Source of the DNA: Bdellovibrio sp.
Lineage (GTDB): Bacteria > UBA10199 > 2-02-FULL-44-16 > DYJF01
Assembly: GCA_020723205.1 (NCBI GenBank)
Contig: DYJF01000002.1
Coordinates: forward strand, 1 to 61,724
Direction of reading: 5' to 3'
DNA: 61,724 nucleotides
Part shown: positions 54,349-61,724 of the stretch, piece after piece
Position numbering within the stretch: the first letter of the stretch is position 1
Layout: each line of letters opens with the position of its first letter
The notes under the pieces: generated by a model
What the model was told of the DNA's origin: nothing
Database searches by the model: none
Seen by the model: only the letters and a program-made list of their open reading frames with translations
Translations under genes and position numbers: made by a program

Positions 54349-54738
54349 TCAGGCGCCTTCCTCTTTGACTAAGGCCGTATATTCGGTCGCCTTCATGAGT
54401 TTTTTCACTTCTTCCGCGTTCTTCATTTCGATCTTCAGCAGCCAGCCGTCGCCGTAGCAATCCTCGTTGAGCATCGCAGGGTTCTCGGAGAGGTCCTCGT
54501 TTATCTCGACGACTTTTCCCGATACCGGCGCGTAGCAGTCGGAGACCGATTTGACCGATTCCACTACGCCGAACGTGTCTTCCGCCTTGAACTCCGCACC
54601 GAGGGAGGGGAGGTCGACGTAGACGATGTCGCCCAGCTGCGTTTGGGCGTAATCGGTTACGCCTATCGTCGCGACCTTGCCTTCGACGGCCACCCATTCA
54701 TGGTCCTTCGTGTAAAAAAGATTGTCAGGAAATTCCAT
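54349..54738 (-). CDS. gcvH: glycine cleavage system protein H
   Basis: YTKDHEWV...GVTDYAQ..LGDIVYVDLP...ESVKSVSD.YAPVSG matches GcvH and includes the lipoyl-Lys motif. Confidence 0.96.
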   Translation of the reverse strand: MEFPDNLFYTKDHEWVAVEGKVATIGVTDYAQTQLGDIVYVDLPSLGAEFKAEDTFGVVESVKSVSDCYAPVSGKVVEINEDLSENPAMLNEDCYGDGWLLKIEMKNAEEVKKLMKATEYTALVKEEGA

Positions 54739-54746
54739 GGCGCCTC

Positions 54747-55835
54747 CTAACGTTTGTAGAACGGTGTTTTAACGACTATTGCCTGCCTACGCGACCCGCG
54801 AATGTCAATGAAAAATTTGGTCCCTTCGGCAGCCAACGCCGTCGGAACGTAGCCGATGCCGATGGGTTGCATGAGGGAAGGGGACATGGTGCCGCTCGTC
54901 ACGAAACCCACCTTCTTGTCCCCGTCGTAAATGTCGCACTCGCCTCTGGGTATTCCCTTGTCTATCATCTTGAAGCCGACGCACTTTCGCGTGAGGCCGT
55001 CCTTCTTCGCCTTGAGAAGCGCCTCCTTTCCGATGAAGTCGCATGTCTTATCGAGCTTGACGACCCAGCCCAGGCCCGCCTCCAGCGGATTTGTTTTGTC
55101 GGTGATCTCGTGCCCGTAAAGGGAATATTTCATCTCCATTCGCAGCGTGTCGCGGGCGCCCAGTCCCGCGGGCATCACTCCCTGCGGCTTTCCTTTCTCG
55201 AGTATCGCCTGCCAGACGGCCGGCGCGGCCTTGGGCGACGAAAATATCTCAAAACCGTCCTCGCCGGTGTAGCCGGTCCTCGCGAATATGCACGTGTCGC
55301 GGTTCGCGAAGCCGCCTTCCGCAAAGTGAAACGTCTTTATGTCGTCGATAGTCGCATCGGTCAAAGTTTTGAGAATAGAGGCGGCCTTCGGTCCCTGAAA
55401 GGCGATGAGCGCGAAGTCGTCGCTCCTGTCCCCGATCTTAACGTTTCCCTTTTTATGTGAGCCGATCCAGTTGAAGTCCTTATCGATGTTGGATGCGTTC
55501 ACGACGAACATGAAGCGTTCGTCGCCGAAGCGGTAGACGATGATGTCATCGACGACCGTTCCGCCCTCGTTGAGCAGGATGGAATACTGCGCCTGCCCGT
55601 CGGCGAGCGTGGATGCGTCGTTGACGGTCAAGTGATTTATGCATTCAAGGGCGCCCGGCCCCGTGAACTCGATCTCGCCCATGTGCGAGACGTCGAAGAG
55701 GCCCGCGTTCTTCCTCACCGCGTTGTGCTCTTCGATTATGCCGGTGTACATGACCGGCATGTCCCATCCGCCGAACTCGACCATCTTTCCGCCAAGGCGG
55801 ACATGCTCTTCGTAAAGCGGCGTTCGTCTTGCCAT
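54747..55835 (-). CDS. gcvT: glycine cleavage system aminomethyltransferase T
   Basis: MARRTPLYEEHVRLGGKMVEFGGWDMPVMY...GLFDVSHMGE matches GcvT. I chose the internal ATG because the longer ORF runs into folD. Confidence 0.94.
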   Translation of the reverse strand: MARRTPLYEEHVRLGGKMVEFGGWDMPVMYTGIIEEHNAVRKNAGLFDVSHMGEIEFTGPGALECINHLTVNDASTLADGQAQYSILLNEGGTVVDDIIVYRFGDERFMFVVNASNIDKDFNWIGSHKKGNVKIGDRSDDFALIAFQGPKAASILKTLTDATIDDIKTFHFAEGGFANRDTCIFARTGYTGEDGFEIFSSPKAAPAVWQAILEKGKPQGVMPAGLGARDTLRMEMKYSLYGHEITDKTNPLEAGLGWVVKLDKTCDFIGKEALLKAKKDGLTRKCVGFKMIDKGIPRGECDIYDGDKKVGFVTSGTMSPSLMQPIGIGYVPTALAAEGTKFFIDIRGSRRQAIVVKTPFYKR

Positions 55836-55857
55836 CTTTGTATCCTTTCCCCGGCTT

Positions 55858-56715
55858 CTACGTCCCCGCACTTCTGTGTTTTTTGGCTGCATCAACCGTG
55901 TTCTTCAACAGCATCGCGATCGTCATCGGCCCAACGCCGCCCGGGACGGGTGTTATGGCATATGCGTTCTTTACGGCCCCTTCGAAATCCACATCGCCAA
56001 CAAGCTGGCCGTCGCCGGTCCTGTTGATGCCGACGTCGATGACGACGGCGCCCGGTTTTATCCAGTCTCCCTTTATGAACTGCGGCCTGCCGACGGCCGC
56101 CACGACCACGTCCGCGGAACGAACGATGCCCGGCAGATCCTCGGTTCTCGAATGGCAGATGGTGACGGTGGCGTGACGCTCAAGGAGCATCAAGGCCGCC
56201 GGTTTTCCGACTATCTTGCTCCTGCCGACGACGACGGCATGTTTTCCCGAAAGATTGTAACCGATGGAATCGAGCATCGTCATGATTCCGGAAGGCGTGC
56301 ATGGCCTGAATCCGGGAAGGCCCGATACCAGGAGTCCCATGTTGACTGGATGAAAGCCGTCGACGTCCTTGGCCGGATCGATCCTCAAAAGTATCGATGC
56401 CTCGTCTATGTGGGACGGCAGGGGAAGCTGCACCAATATCCCGTGTACGTTTGCGTCGCCGTTGAGCTTGTCGATCAACGCCTCAAGTTCGTTTTGCGGC
56501 GTCGCTTCAGAGAGATTGTGATCAAAACCGCGTATTCCGACCTCGGCGCAACTCTTCCGCTTGTTTCTGACGTAGACCCGCGACGCAGGATTCTCTCCGA
56601 CCAGTACAACGGCTAATCCCGGAACGATGTTATCTTCTTTGAGAAGTCTTACTTCATCCGCGAGGACCCGTTTTATCTCTTGAGAAATTTTTTTCCCGTC
56701 CAGTATTGTGGCCAT
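55858..56715 (-). CDS. folD: bifunctional methylenetetrahydrofolate dehydrogenase/cyclohydrolase
   Basis: ILDGKKIS...[16 protein letters not shown]...GILVQLPLP...VVGRS.IVGKP...ATVT.CHS matches FolD. Confidence 0.95.
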   Translation of the reverse strand: MATILDGKKISQEIKRVLADEVRLLKEDNIVPGLAVVLVGENPASRVYVRNKRKSCAEVGIRGFDHNLSEATPQNELEALIDKLNGDANVHGILVQLPLPSHIDEASILLRIDPAKDVDGFHPVNMGLLVSGLPGFRPCTPSGIMTMLDSIGYNLSGKHAVVVGRSKIVGKPAALMLLERHATVTICHSRTEDLPGIVRSADVVVAAVGRPQFIKGDWIKPGAVVIDVGINRTGDGQLVGDVDFEGAVKNAYAITPVPGGVGPMTIAMLLKNTVDAAKKHRSAGT

Positions 56716-56734
56716 GGTTCGAAATTTCCATCAC

Positions 56735-56769
56735 AGGTCTAAGGTCTCATGTCTCAGGTCTCGGGTCTA
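56735..56769. repeat. five tandem heptamers (consensus AGGTCTC; minus-strand TGAGACC) upstream of folD
   Basis: AGGTCTA AGGTCTC ATGTCTC AGGTCTC GGGTCTA lies between the GGDEF gene stop and the folD start. Confidence 0.55.
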
Positions 56770-57684
56770 CTTTGGATAACCTTCCGCCCTGACCTGATTG
56801 CGTCCGTTCTCTTTGGCCAGGTAAAGCTGTTTGTCCGCCGCGTCTATGAACGCCTGCGGCGAATCGAAGTTCTGGTTGTTCAAGGTCGCGACGCCGATGG
56901 ATATGGTCTTTGAGATAGTGTGGCCCTCGAACTGCAGGGGAGATCCCTCCACGGCCGCCCTGATCCGTTCGGCGAGCTGTACGGCGCCTTCGCTGTCGAT
57001 CCCCCGCAGAATCACCACGAACTCCTCGCCGCCGTATTTTGCCAGAATGTCCTCGTTCCGTATCGTGACGCCTACCTTCTTCGCTATGTGCGCCAGCATA
57101 AAATCGCCCGCAATGTGTCCGTAGGTGTCGTTGACCTTTTTGAAATGGTCGATGTCGAGCATCAGAAGCGAAAGGGAATGCCCGGACCTTTTGGAGAGAC
57201 TGAACTCCTCGTCGAGGCGCTTTATGAAAGAATGCTTGTTGTAGATGCCGGTCACCGCGTCGAAGTTCGCCATGTTATAGAACTCGTCGTGGAACATGCG
57301 TTCGCCTTTGTCGCCGTAGGCGAACTTGATGACGGTGGACGACGATATTTGGATCTTGTCGCCGTCCTTGAGGGTGTGGCTCTTGACGCGTTCCCCGTTG
57401 ACGTAGGTGCCGTTGGTCGAACCCATGTCCTCGATGACCGCATCGCCCTCCACCACGTCTATGCGGAAGTGATGGCGCGAGATGCGCGAGTCGTTGATGT
57501 TGATGTCCACGTCGTCGGCACGGCCCACGATAGTGTTCTTCTTCTCCAGACAATAGAGTTTGCCCTGAAGAGGTCCCGAAAGGAAGAGGATGTACGCCCT
57601 CCGGTCGATTATCTCATCAAGTTTTTCTATGGAGGTTATTACCGTCTTATCAACAACCTCGTCGTCGTGTTTTTTGTCGTTCAT
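56767..57684 (-). CDS. FHA-domain diguanylate cyclase (GGDEF)
   Basis: The FHA domain reads IVGRADDVDININDSRISRHHFRI...GSTNGTYVNG. The GGDEF domain has an active GGEEF and an RNED I-site 5 residues upstream. Confidence 0.88.
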   Translation of the reverse strand: MNDKKHDDEVVDKTVITSIEKLDEIIDRRAYILFLSGPLQGKLYCLEKKNTIVGRADDVDININDSRISRHHFRIDVVEGDAVIEDMGSTNGTYVNGERVKSHTLKDGDKIQISSSTVIKFAYGDKGERMFHDEFYNMANFDAVTGIYNKHSFIKRLDEEFSLSKRSGHSLSLLMLDIDHFKKVNDTYGHIAGDFMLAHIAKKVGVTIRNEDILAKYGGEEFVVILRGIDSEGAVQLAERIRAAVEGSPLQFEGHTISKTISIGVATLNNQNFDSPQAFIDAADKQLYLAKENGRNQVRAEGYPK

Positions 57685-57737
57685 GTCCGCTCTTTCGTAT
57701 AATTTGGAGCCAAAAAAGCAAGAAAAATTGTGTACAT

Positions 57738-59762
57738 CTACGGATTGGCGGGCGGCATGGGGGGCGGCATCTCCTGTGGGGCAGGGGGCTGCGGATGGGG
57801 TACTGCCGGTGCCTTTTTCAGCGTGACGTGGATCTCTTTCTTTTTTCCGGACTCGATCTGTATCTCTTCGTTATGCGGCTCGTAACCTTCGAGCCAGACC
57901 TCGACGCGATAGATCTTTTGCGGTTCGAGGCCGTCCATCGTGAAGGGCGTCTGTCCTGAAGGCACGTCGTTCAACATGACGAGTGCGCCGTTGGGAGAGG
58001 AGTCTATGGAGACGGAGCCGTAGTCGGGGGCAAGCTGGACGTCGAAGTTGTGCGTCTCGCCCTCGTTCGCCTTGAATTCGCGGCTCCAGAAACTGTGGCC
58101 CTTGAGAAAGAGGCCTATTGTGTGGCGCTTTCCGGTCTCGATGTCCTTGATCGCGGCCGGCGTGCGGTGCGGAGTTTCAACGTCGTCCAGATAGACCGTG
58201 GCGCCCGGAGGCGTAGAGCTCACGAGAACGGCGCCCTTTGTGCTGGCTGCTTTGGTCAGGCGAATATCCATGCTCCTGAACTCGCCCTGATCCAGATCGA
58301 TCGTCTCCGTATGGGGAAAATAGCCGTCGCGCTCCACGGTGATCTCGTGCTCCTTATCAACGGCGATGTCGTGTAAGGTCACGGGAGAGCCCGCACCGAT
58401 GAGCTTTCCGTCGATCTTGACCCTTGCGTCCGCAGGTTCGGTCGTGATCATTATTTCAGCTTTTCCTGAAGCGGCGTCCTCGGGAGCGCCTTTCCAAAGC
58501 CGGAAGGATGAGACGATCGAAACCACAAGGAAGAATATCCCCAGCAATACGAACACAGTGCCGATATGTCTCTTGATCCACGAAGGGGGGCGCTTTCCTT
58601 TTGCGCTGGAGACCTCTTCGACAACCGCAAGCTCGGGCAGGGGGCTTTCGGGGCCTTCCGTCTCTTCGGGCGCCTCTTCCTCTTCGAGAAAGAATTCCTT
58701 CATGTCGAGCGGTGCCCTTGCATGTGTCGTCGGCTCAAACTGGCTCTCGTCGGTCAGCGCGGATGACGTGTGATCGATGATCATCGCCGGGGTCTTGATC
58801 TCCTCTTCTTCCGACGCCTTGGCTATGTCCTCTTTGAACAGTTCGCGCACAAAATCGCCGGCGTCGGCGGGGTTGAAATCCGGCGCCGTCGTGGACAAAA
58901 GTTTCGTAAGATCGTCGCGCATGTCGGAGGCGAATGCGTAACGGTGGCGGCGATCCTTCGCCAGCGCCTTCATGACGATCCGGTCCAGCTCGTCGGTGAC
59001 GTCTCCCCTGAAGGAGGAAGGCGGCTCAACCTTTGCGCGCCTGACGTTCCTAAGCGTTTCGCGCGTATCGTCGGTCTTGAAGAGGCGCTTTCCCGTCAAC
59101 ATTTCGTGAAAGATGATGCCAAGGGAGAATATGTCGCTCCTGTGGTCTATGGAATCGCCCCTTGCCTGCTCGGGAGACATATAGGAGAACTTCCCTTTGA
59201 GTATCCCCGAATCGGTGGAGCCCATCTTGATTGCCGCCTTGGCTATTCCAAAGTCGATTATCTTTACCGTGCCTGAATATGTGACCATGAGGTTCTGGGG
59301 GGAGATGTCGCGGTGCACGATATGCAGCGGTCTTCCGTTCTCTTCCGTGCGTCTGTGCATGTAATCGAGGCCGGATAGGACTTCGCACATGAAGTGGCAA
59401 AGATAGGCGATGGGGATCAGATCGCCCGCTGCGAGACATCTTTTGTGTATGAGTGAGAGCGACCTGCCTTCGACATATTCCATCACCATGAAGTAGTCGC
59501 TGCCCACCTTTCCCAGATCGTAGGTCTGCGCGATGTTGCCGTGGGAGAGGGTGACCGCTATCTTCGCCTCGTCTATAAGCGAATCGATGAACTCCTTCGA
59601 TGCGGCGATGTGGGGCAGGATCTTTTTTATGACAACGGTCTTTTTGAGCCCGTGGAGATCGTAGGAAAGCCCTTTGAATATCTCGGCCATGCCCCCCTGG
59701 GCGATCTTTTCCATGAGATAGTACTGGCCGATGTTCGCCTTAGGTTTTTCGTCTGGAGACAT
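57738..59762 (-). CDS. Ser/Thr protein kinase with a TM segment and three PEGA-like C-terminal repeats
   Basis: The Hanks kinase motifs are GGMAEIFKG, VIKK, HRDISPQNLM, DFGIAK and SYMSPEQ. The PEGA-like repeats are TTEPADARVKIDG, SSTPPGATVYLDD and SSPNGALVMLND. Confidence 0.9.
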   Translation of the reverse strand: MSPDEKPKANIGQYYLMEKIAQGGMAEIFKGLSYDLHGLKKTVVIKKILPHIAASKEFIDSLIDEAKIAVTLSHGNIAQTYDLGKVGSDYFMVMEYVEGRSLSLIHKRCLAAGDLIPIAYLCHFMCEVLSGLDYMHRRTEENGRPLHIVHRDISPQNLMVTYSGTVKIIDFGIAKAAIKMGSTDSGILKGKFSYMSPEQARGDSIDHRSDIFSLGIIFHEMLTGKRLFKTDDTRETLRNVRRAKVEPPSSFRGDVTDELDRIVMKALAKDRRHRYAFASDMRDDLTKLLSTTAPDFNPADAGDFVRELFKEDIAKASEEEEIKTPAMIIDHTSSALTDESQFEPTTHARAPLDMKEFFLEEEEAPEETEGPESPLPELAVVEEVSSAKGKRPPSWIKRHIGTVFVLLGIFFLVVSIVSSFRLWKGAPEDAASGKAEIMITTEPADARVKIDGKLIGAGSPVTLHDIAVDKEHEITVERDGYFPHTETIDLDQGEFRSMDIRLTKAASTKGAVLVSSTPPGATVYLDDVETPHRTPAAIKDIETGKRHTIGLFLKGHSFWSREFKANEGETHNFDVQLAPDYGSVSIDSSPNGALVMLNDVPSGQTPFTMDGLEPQKIYRVEVWLEGYEPHNEEIQIESGKKKEIHVTLKKAPAVPHPQPPAPQEMPPPMPPANP

Positions 59763-59849
59763 CTCAGCGGACGTTAACCGCTTTCCCTAAGAAAATCAAG
59801 AAAATGGAGCATTGCGTTTCTCTTCGGGAATTGCTAATTTCCCTCCATC

Positions 59850-60917
59850 ATGCCGGAAGAGGGCGGCCAGGAAAAATCAGAGGAAGCAACCCCAAAACGC
59901 TTGAGGGACGCGCGGAAGAAGGGACAGGTGGCCCGCTCGCGCGATCTGAACACTATCGTTATCCTCATAGCCGCGTTCGCGATCATCATTTTCATGCGCG
60001 GCTATATGGGTGAGCAGTTTCGCACGCTGCTCCAGTCCCACTTCGACCTCGTCTCGAGAAAGGATCTGACGAACGAGCTGATATTCCTGATGGGCCGTCA
60101 GACCTTCCTTAGCTATCTCAAGATTGTCCTGCCCTTTCTCGGCGCGATCTCGCTGGTGGCTATCGCTATCGGTTTTTTCCAGATAGGGCCGGTTTTTTCG
60201 GGCGAACCTATGAAGCCGCAGATGAAGCGCCTCAATGCGATCGAGAACCTGAAGAACATGTTCAAGGTGACGACCTTTATCGAGCTCCTCAAGAACATCG
60301 CCAAGATGGTCGTCATCTTCTGGATCGCCTATCTCGTGATATCCGACAGCTTACGCGAGGTCGTGCTGACAGTCACTTCGACGCCGGAAAAGTCGATGCA
60401 GGTCGGCTCCCATATCGTTGCGACTTTTCTTGCGAAGGTCTTCGTCGTTTTCATAGCCATCGCCCTCATAGATTTCGCCGTGCAGAGGTGGCAATATAAG
60501 AAACAGCTGCGAATGACCAAGGAAGAAGTCAAGAGGGAATATAAGCAGGATGAGGGGGACCCTCTCATCAAATCGGCGAGGAAACATCTTCACCGCGAGC
60601 TTGCGATGAGCGACGTCCGCGAACAGGTGAGGATCTCCGATGTTGTGATAACGAACCCGACTGAGCTTGCGGTAGCCGTAAAATATGACGATAAGGAGAT
60701 GGTCGCTCCGCAGATATCCGCCAAGGGGCAACGGCTTTTTGCGGACATGATACGGGAGCTCGCGGAGGAGTTCGGCATCCCGATCGTGCCCAACCCTCCG
60801 CTCGCATGGACGTTGATCGAGATGGATATAGGAGACGAGATACCCGAGGAGATCTACGCTGCGGTCGCGGAAATCCTTGTCCACGTCTATCGCCTCAAAC
60901 AGCAAAAAGGAGGGTAA
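59850..60917 (+). CDS. flhB: FlhB/YscU-family type III export-gate switch protein, solitary
   Basis: EKSEEATPKRLRDARKKGQVARSRDL, four TM segments and the cytoplasmic domain MTKEEVKREYKQDEGDP..K match FlhB. The autocleavage motif reads NPTE (60654-60665) instead of NPTH. Confidence 0.85.
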   Translation: MPEEGGQEKSEEATPKRLRDARKKGQVARSRDLNTIVILIAAFAIIIFMRGYMGEQFRTLLQSHFDLVSRKDLTNELIFLMGRQTFLSYLKIVLPFLGAISLVAIAIGFFQIGPVFSGEPMKPQMKRLNAIENLKNMFKVTTFIELLKNIAKMVVIFWIAYLVISDSLREVVLTVTSTPEKSMQVGSHIVATFLAKVFVVFIAIALIDFAVQRWQYKKQLRMTKEEVKREYKQDEGDPLIKSARKHLHRELAMSDVREQVRISDVVITNPTELAVAVKYDDKEMVAPQISAKGQRLFADMIRELAEEFGIPIVPNPPLAWTLIEMDIGDEIPEEIYAAVAEILVHVYRLKQQKGG

Positions 60918-60924
60918 ACACCCC

Positions 60925-61626
60925 TCATTTTTCGAGAACCTTACCTTTCATCGGAACGAACGTCACAGCGGCGATCCGTACGGGGCCTTCAAGTTTGCCG
61001 TTCTTCTTCGTGTAGAGCAGAAGCTCCTGAAATTTTTCTTCCCCGCCGAGCGGCAGCACCATCCGGCCGTTCTCGGCCAGCTGCTCGATCAGCGGCTTCG
61101 GTATCTCCGGCGGGCTGCAGGTGAAGACGATAGCGTTGAAAGGGGCGTGCTCGTCCCAGCCGGCGTAACCGTCACCCGCCTTGACCGCGATATTCTCATA
61201 GCCCAGTTTCTCAAATCTGGCCTTGGCGGAGTCGGCGAGCTCCGGAACTATATCTATAGTGTAGACTTGGGCTGCGAGCTTCGACAGGATAGCCGTGAGA
61301 TAGCCGCCGCCGGTCCCCACTTCAAAAACGCTGTCGGAGGGCGTGAGCTTCAGCGCTTGCACTATGAATGCGTCCTCATAGGGACGGTCAAGCGTCTGCT
61401 CGAGCCCTATGGGCACTTCGATATCGGCATAGGATTTGTCGCGGTATTGGGGCAGCACGAATTCTTCGCGGGGGACCGTGAGAAACGCGTCCAGGACTCG
61501 CCTGTCCTTGACGCCGCGCCAGAGTATCTGCTGTTCGACCATCGCTTTGCGCTGTTCTGTGAAGTCGGCCGGCTTAGAGCAGGACGCAACGAGCACGCAC
61601 GCAATGAGTATATAATGTATCTTCAT
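60925..61626 (-). CDS. pcm: protein-L-isoaspartate O-methyltransferase with a lipoprotein signal peptide
   Basis: RRVLDAFLTVPREEFV, the SAM motif VFEVGTGGGYLTAILS and MVLPLG match PCM. The N-terminus MKIHYILIACVLVASC has a lipobox-like VASC. I chose the internal ATG 61626. Confidence 0.85.
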   Translation of the reverse strand: MKIHYILIACVLVASCSKPADFTEQRKAMVEQQILWRGVKDRRVLDAFLTVPREEFVLPQYRDKSYADIEVPIGLEQTLDRPYEDAFIVQALKLTPSDSVFEVGTGGGYLTAILSKLAAQVYTIDIVPELADSAKARFEKLGYENIAVKAGDGYAGWDEHAPFNAIVFTCSPPEIPKPLIEQLAENGRMVLPLGGEEKFQELLLYTKKNGKLEGPVRIAAVTFVPMKGKVLEK

Positions 61627-61724
61627 GTCGAAATCATAGTCCCGCTGCATATAAAGTCAACGCCTCTATGTGCTGCCGGCTTTCGGGACCCCCGTGTCTC
61701 GCTAGGCCGTCATCTGACTTCGGG

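Noticed and set aside
55836-55857. Glycine riboswitch expected upstream of gcvT
   Set aside because: Only 22 nt separate folD and gcvT, and only 51 nt precede folD. That is too short for the ~100-200 nt tandem glycine aptamers, and I saw no matching conserved core.
1-61724. CRISPR arrays, rRNA genes, transposases/IS elements and prophage genes
   Set aside because: I scanned the non-coding gaps and ORF translations. I found no regularly spaced direct repeats and no DDE, serine or tyrosine recombinase, capsid or terminase signatures. The only RNA gene found is tRNA-Ala.

Overview
This is a 61.7 kb GC-rich bacterial chromosome segment (high-50s % GC by eye). It has no rRNA, so the taxon cannot be assigned from the window; the repeat families suggest an uncultivated lineage. 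Layout: (1) 1-9986 holds the distal part of the conserved ribosomal super-operon (rplX'-rplE-rpsN/Z-rpsH-rplF-rplR-rpsE-rpmD-rplO-secY-adk-map-infA-rpmJ-rpsM-rpsK-rpsD-rpoA-rplQ). L5, S11 and L17 carry Lys/Glu-rich tails. (2) 9983-14132 holds a TlpA-like thioredoxin and a minus-strand iron module (OMP-fur-feoB-DtxR::FeoA). (3) 14161-25284 holds histidine-utilisation genes (hutU, hutI, ftcD). They are split by palindromic repeat elements (one lies in-frame inside hutU), a four-helix-bundle gene mosaic, a cassette of five small secreted/membrane proteins, two OMP/porin-like genes, tRNA-Ala(GGC) and a low-GC PD-(D/E)XK nuclease islet. (4) 25315-46033 is the most unusual region. It is a mirror-organised accessory locus containing a ~1630-1672 aa PMI/SPS-like-GT4/GDP-mannose-pyrophosphorylase fusion, a second split GMP + GT4 pair, two paralogous UhpC/GlpT-type sugar-phosphate antiporters, two divergently transcribed giant paralogous orphan proteins (1155 and ~1290 aa) with long hydrophobic cores, a 245 aa orphan, a glycerol-1-phosphate-dehydrogenase-like enzyme and a HAD hydrolase. 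(5) 46030-51470 holds rlmN, mtnP, recO, a TonB-like protein, an orphan and a transglutaminase-like protein. (6) 51523-56715 holds folD-gcvT-gcvH-gcvPA-gcvPB on the minus strand. (7) 56767-61626 holds an FHA-GGDEF cyclase, a Ser/Thr kinase with PEGA repeats, a solitary flhB-like gene and a lipoprotein-type pcm. I recognised no CRISPR array, transposase, integrase or prophage genes. All calls rest on reading the supplied ORF translations and the nucleotide sequence by eye; no database search was run.
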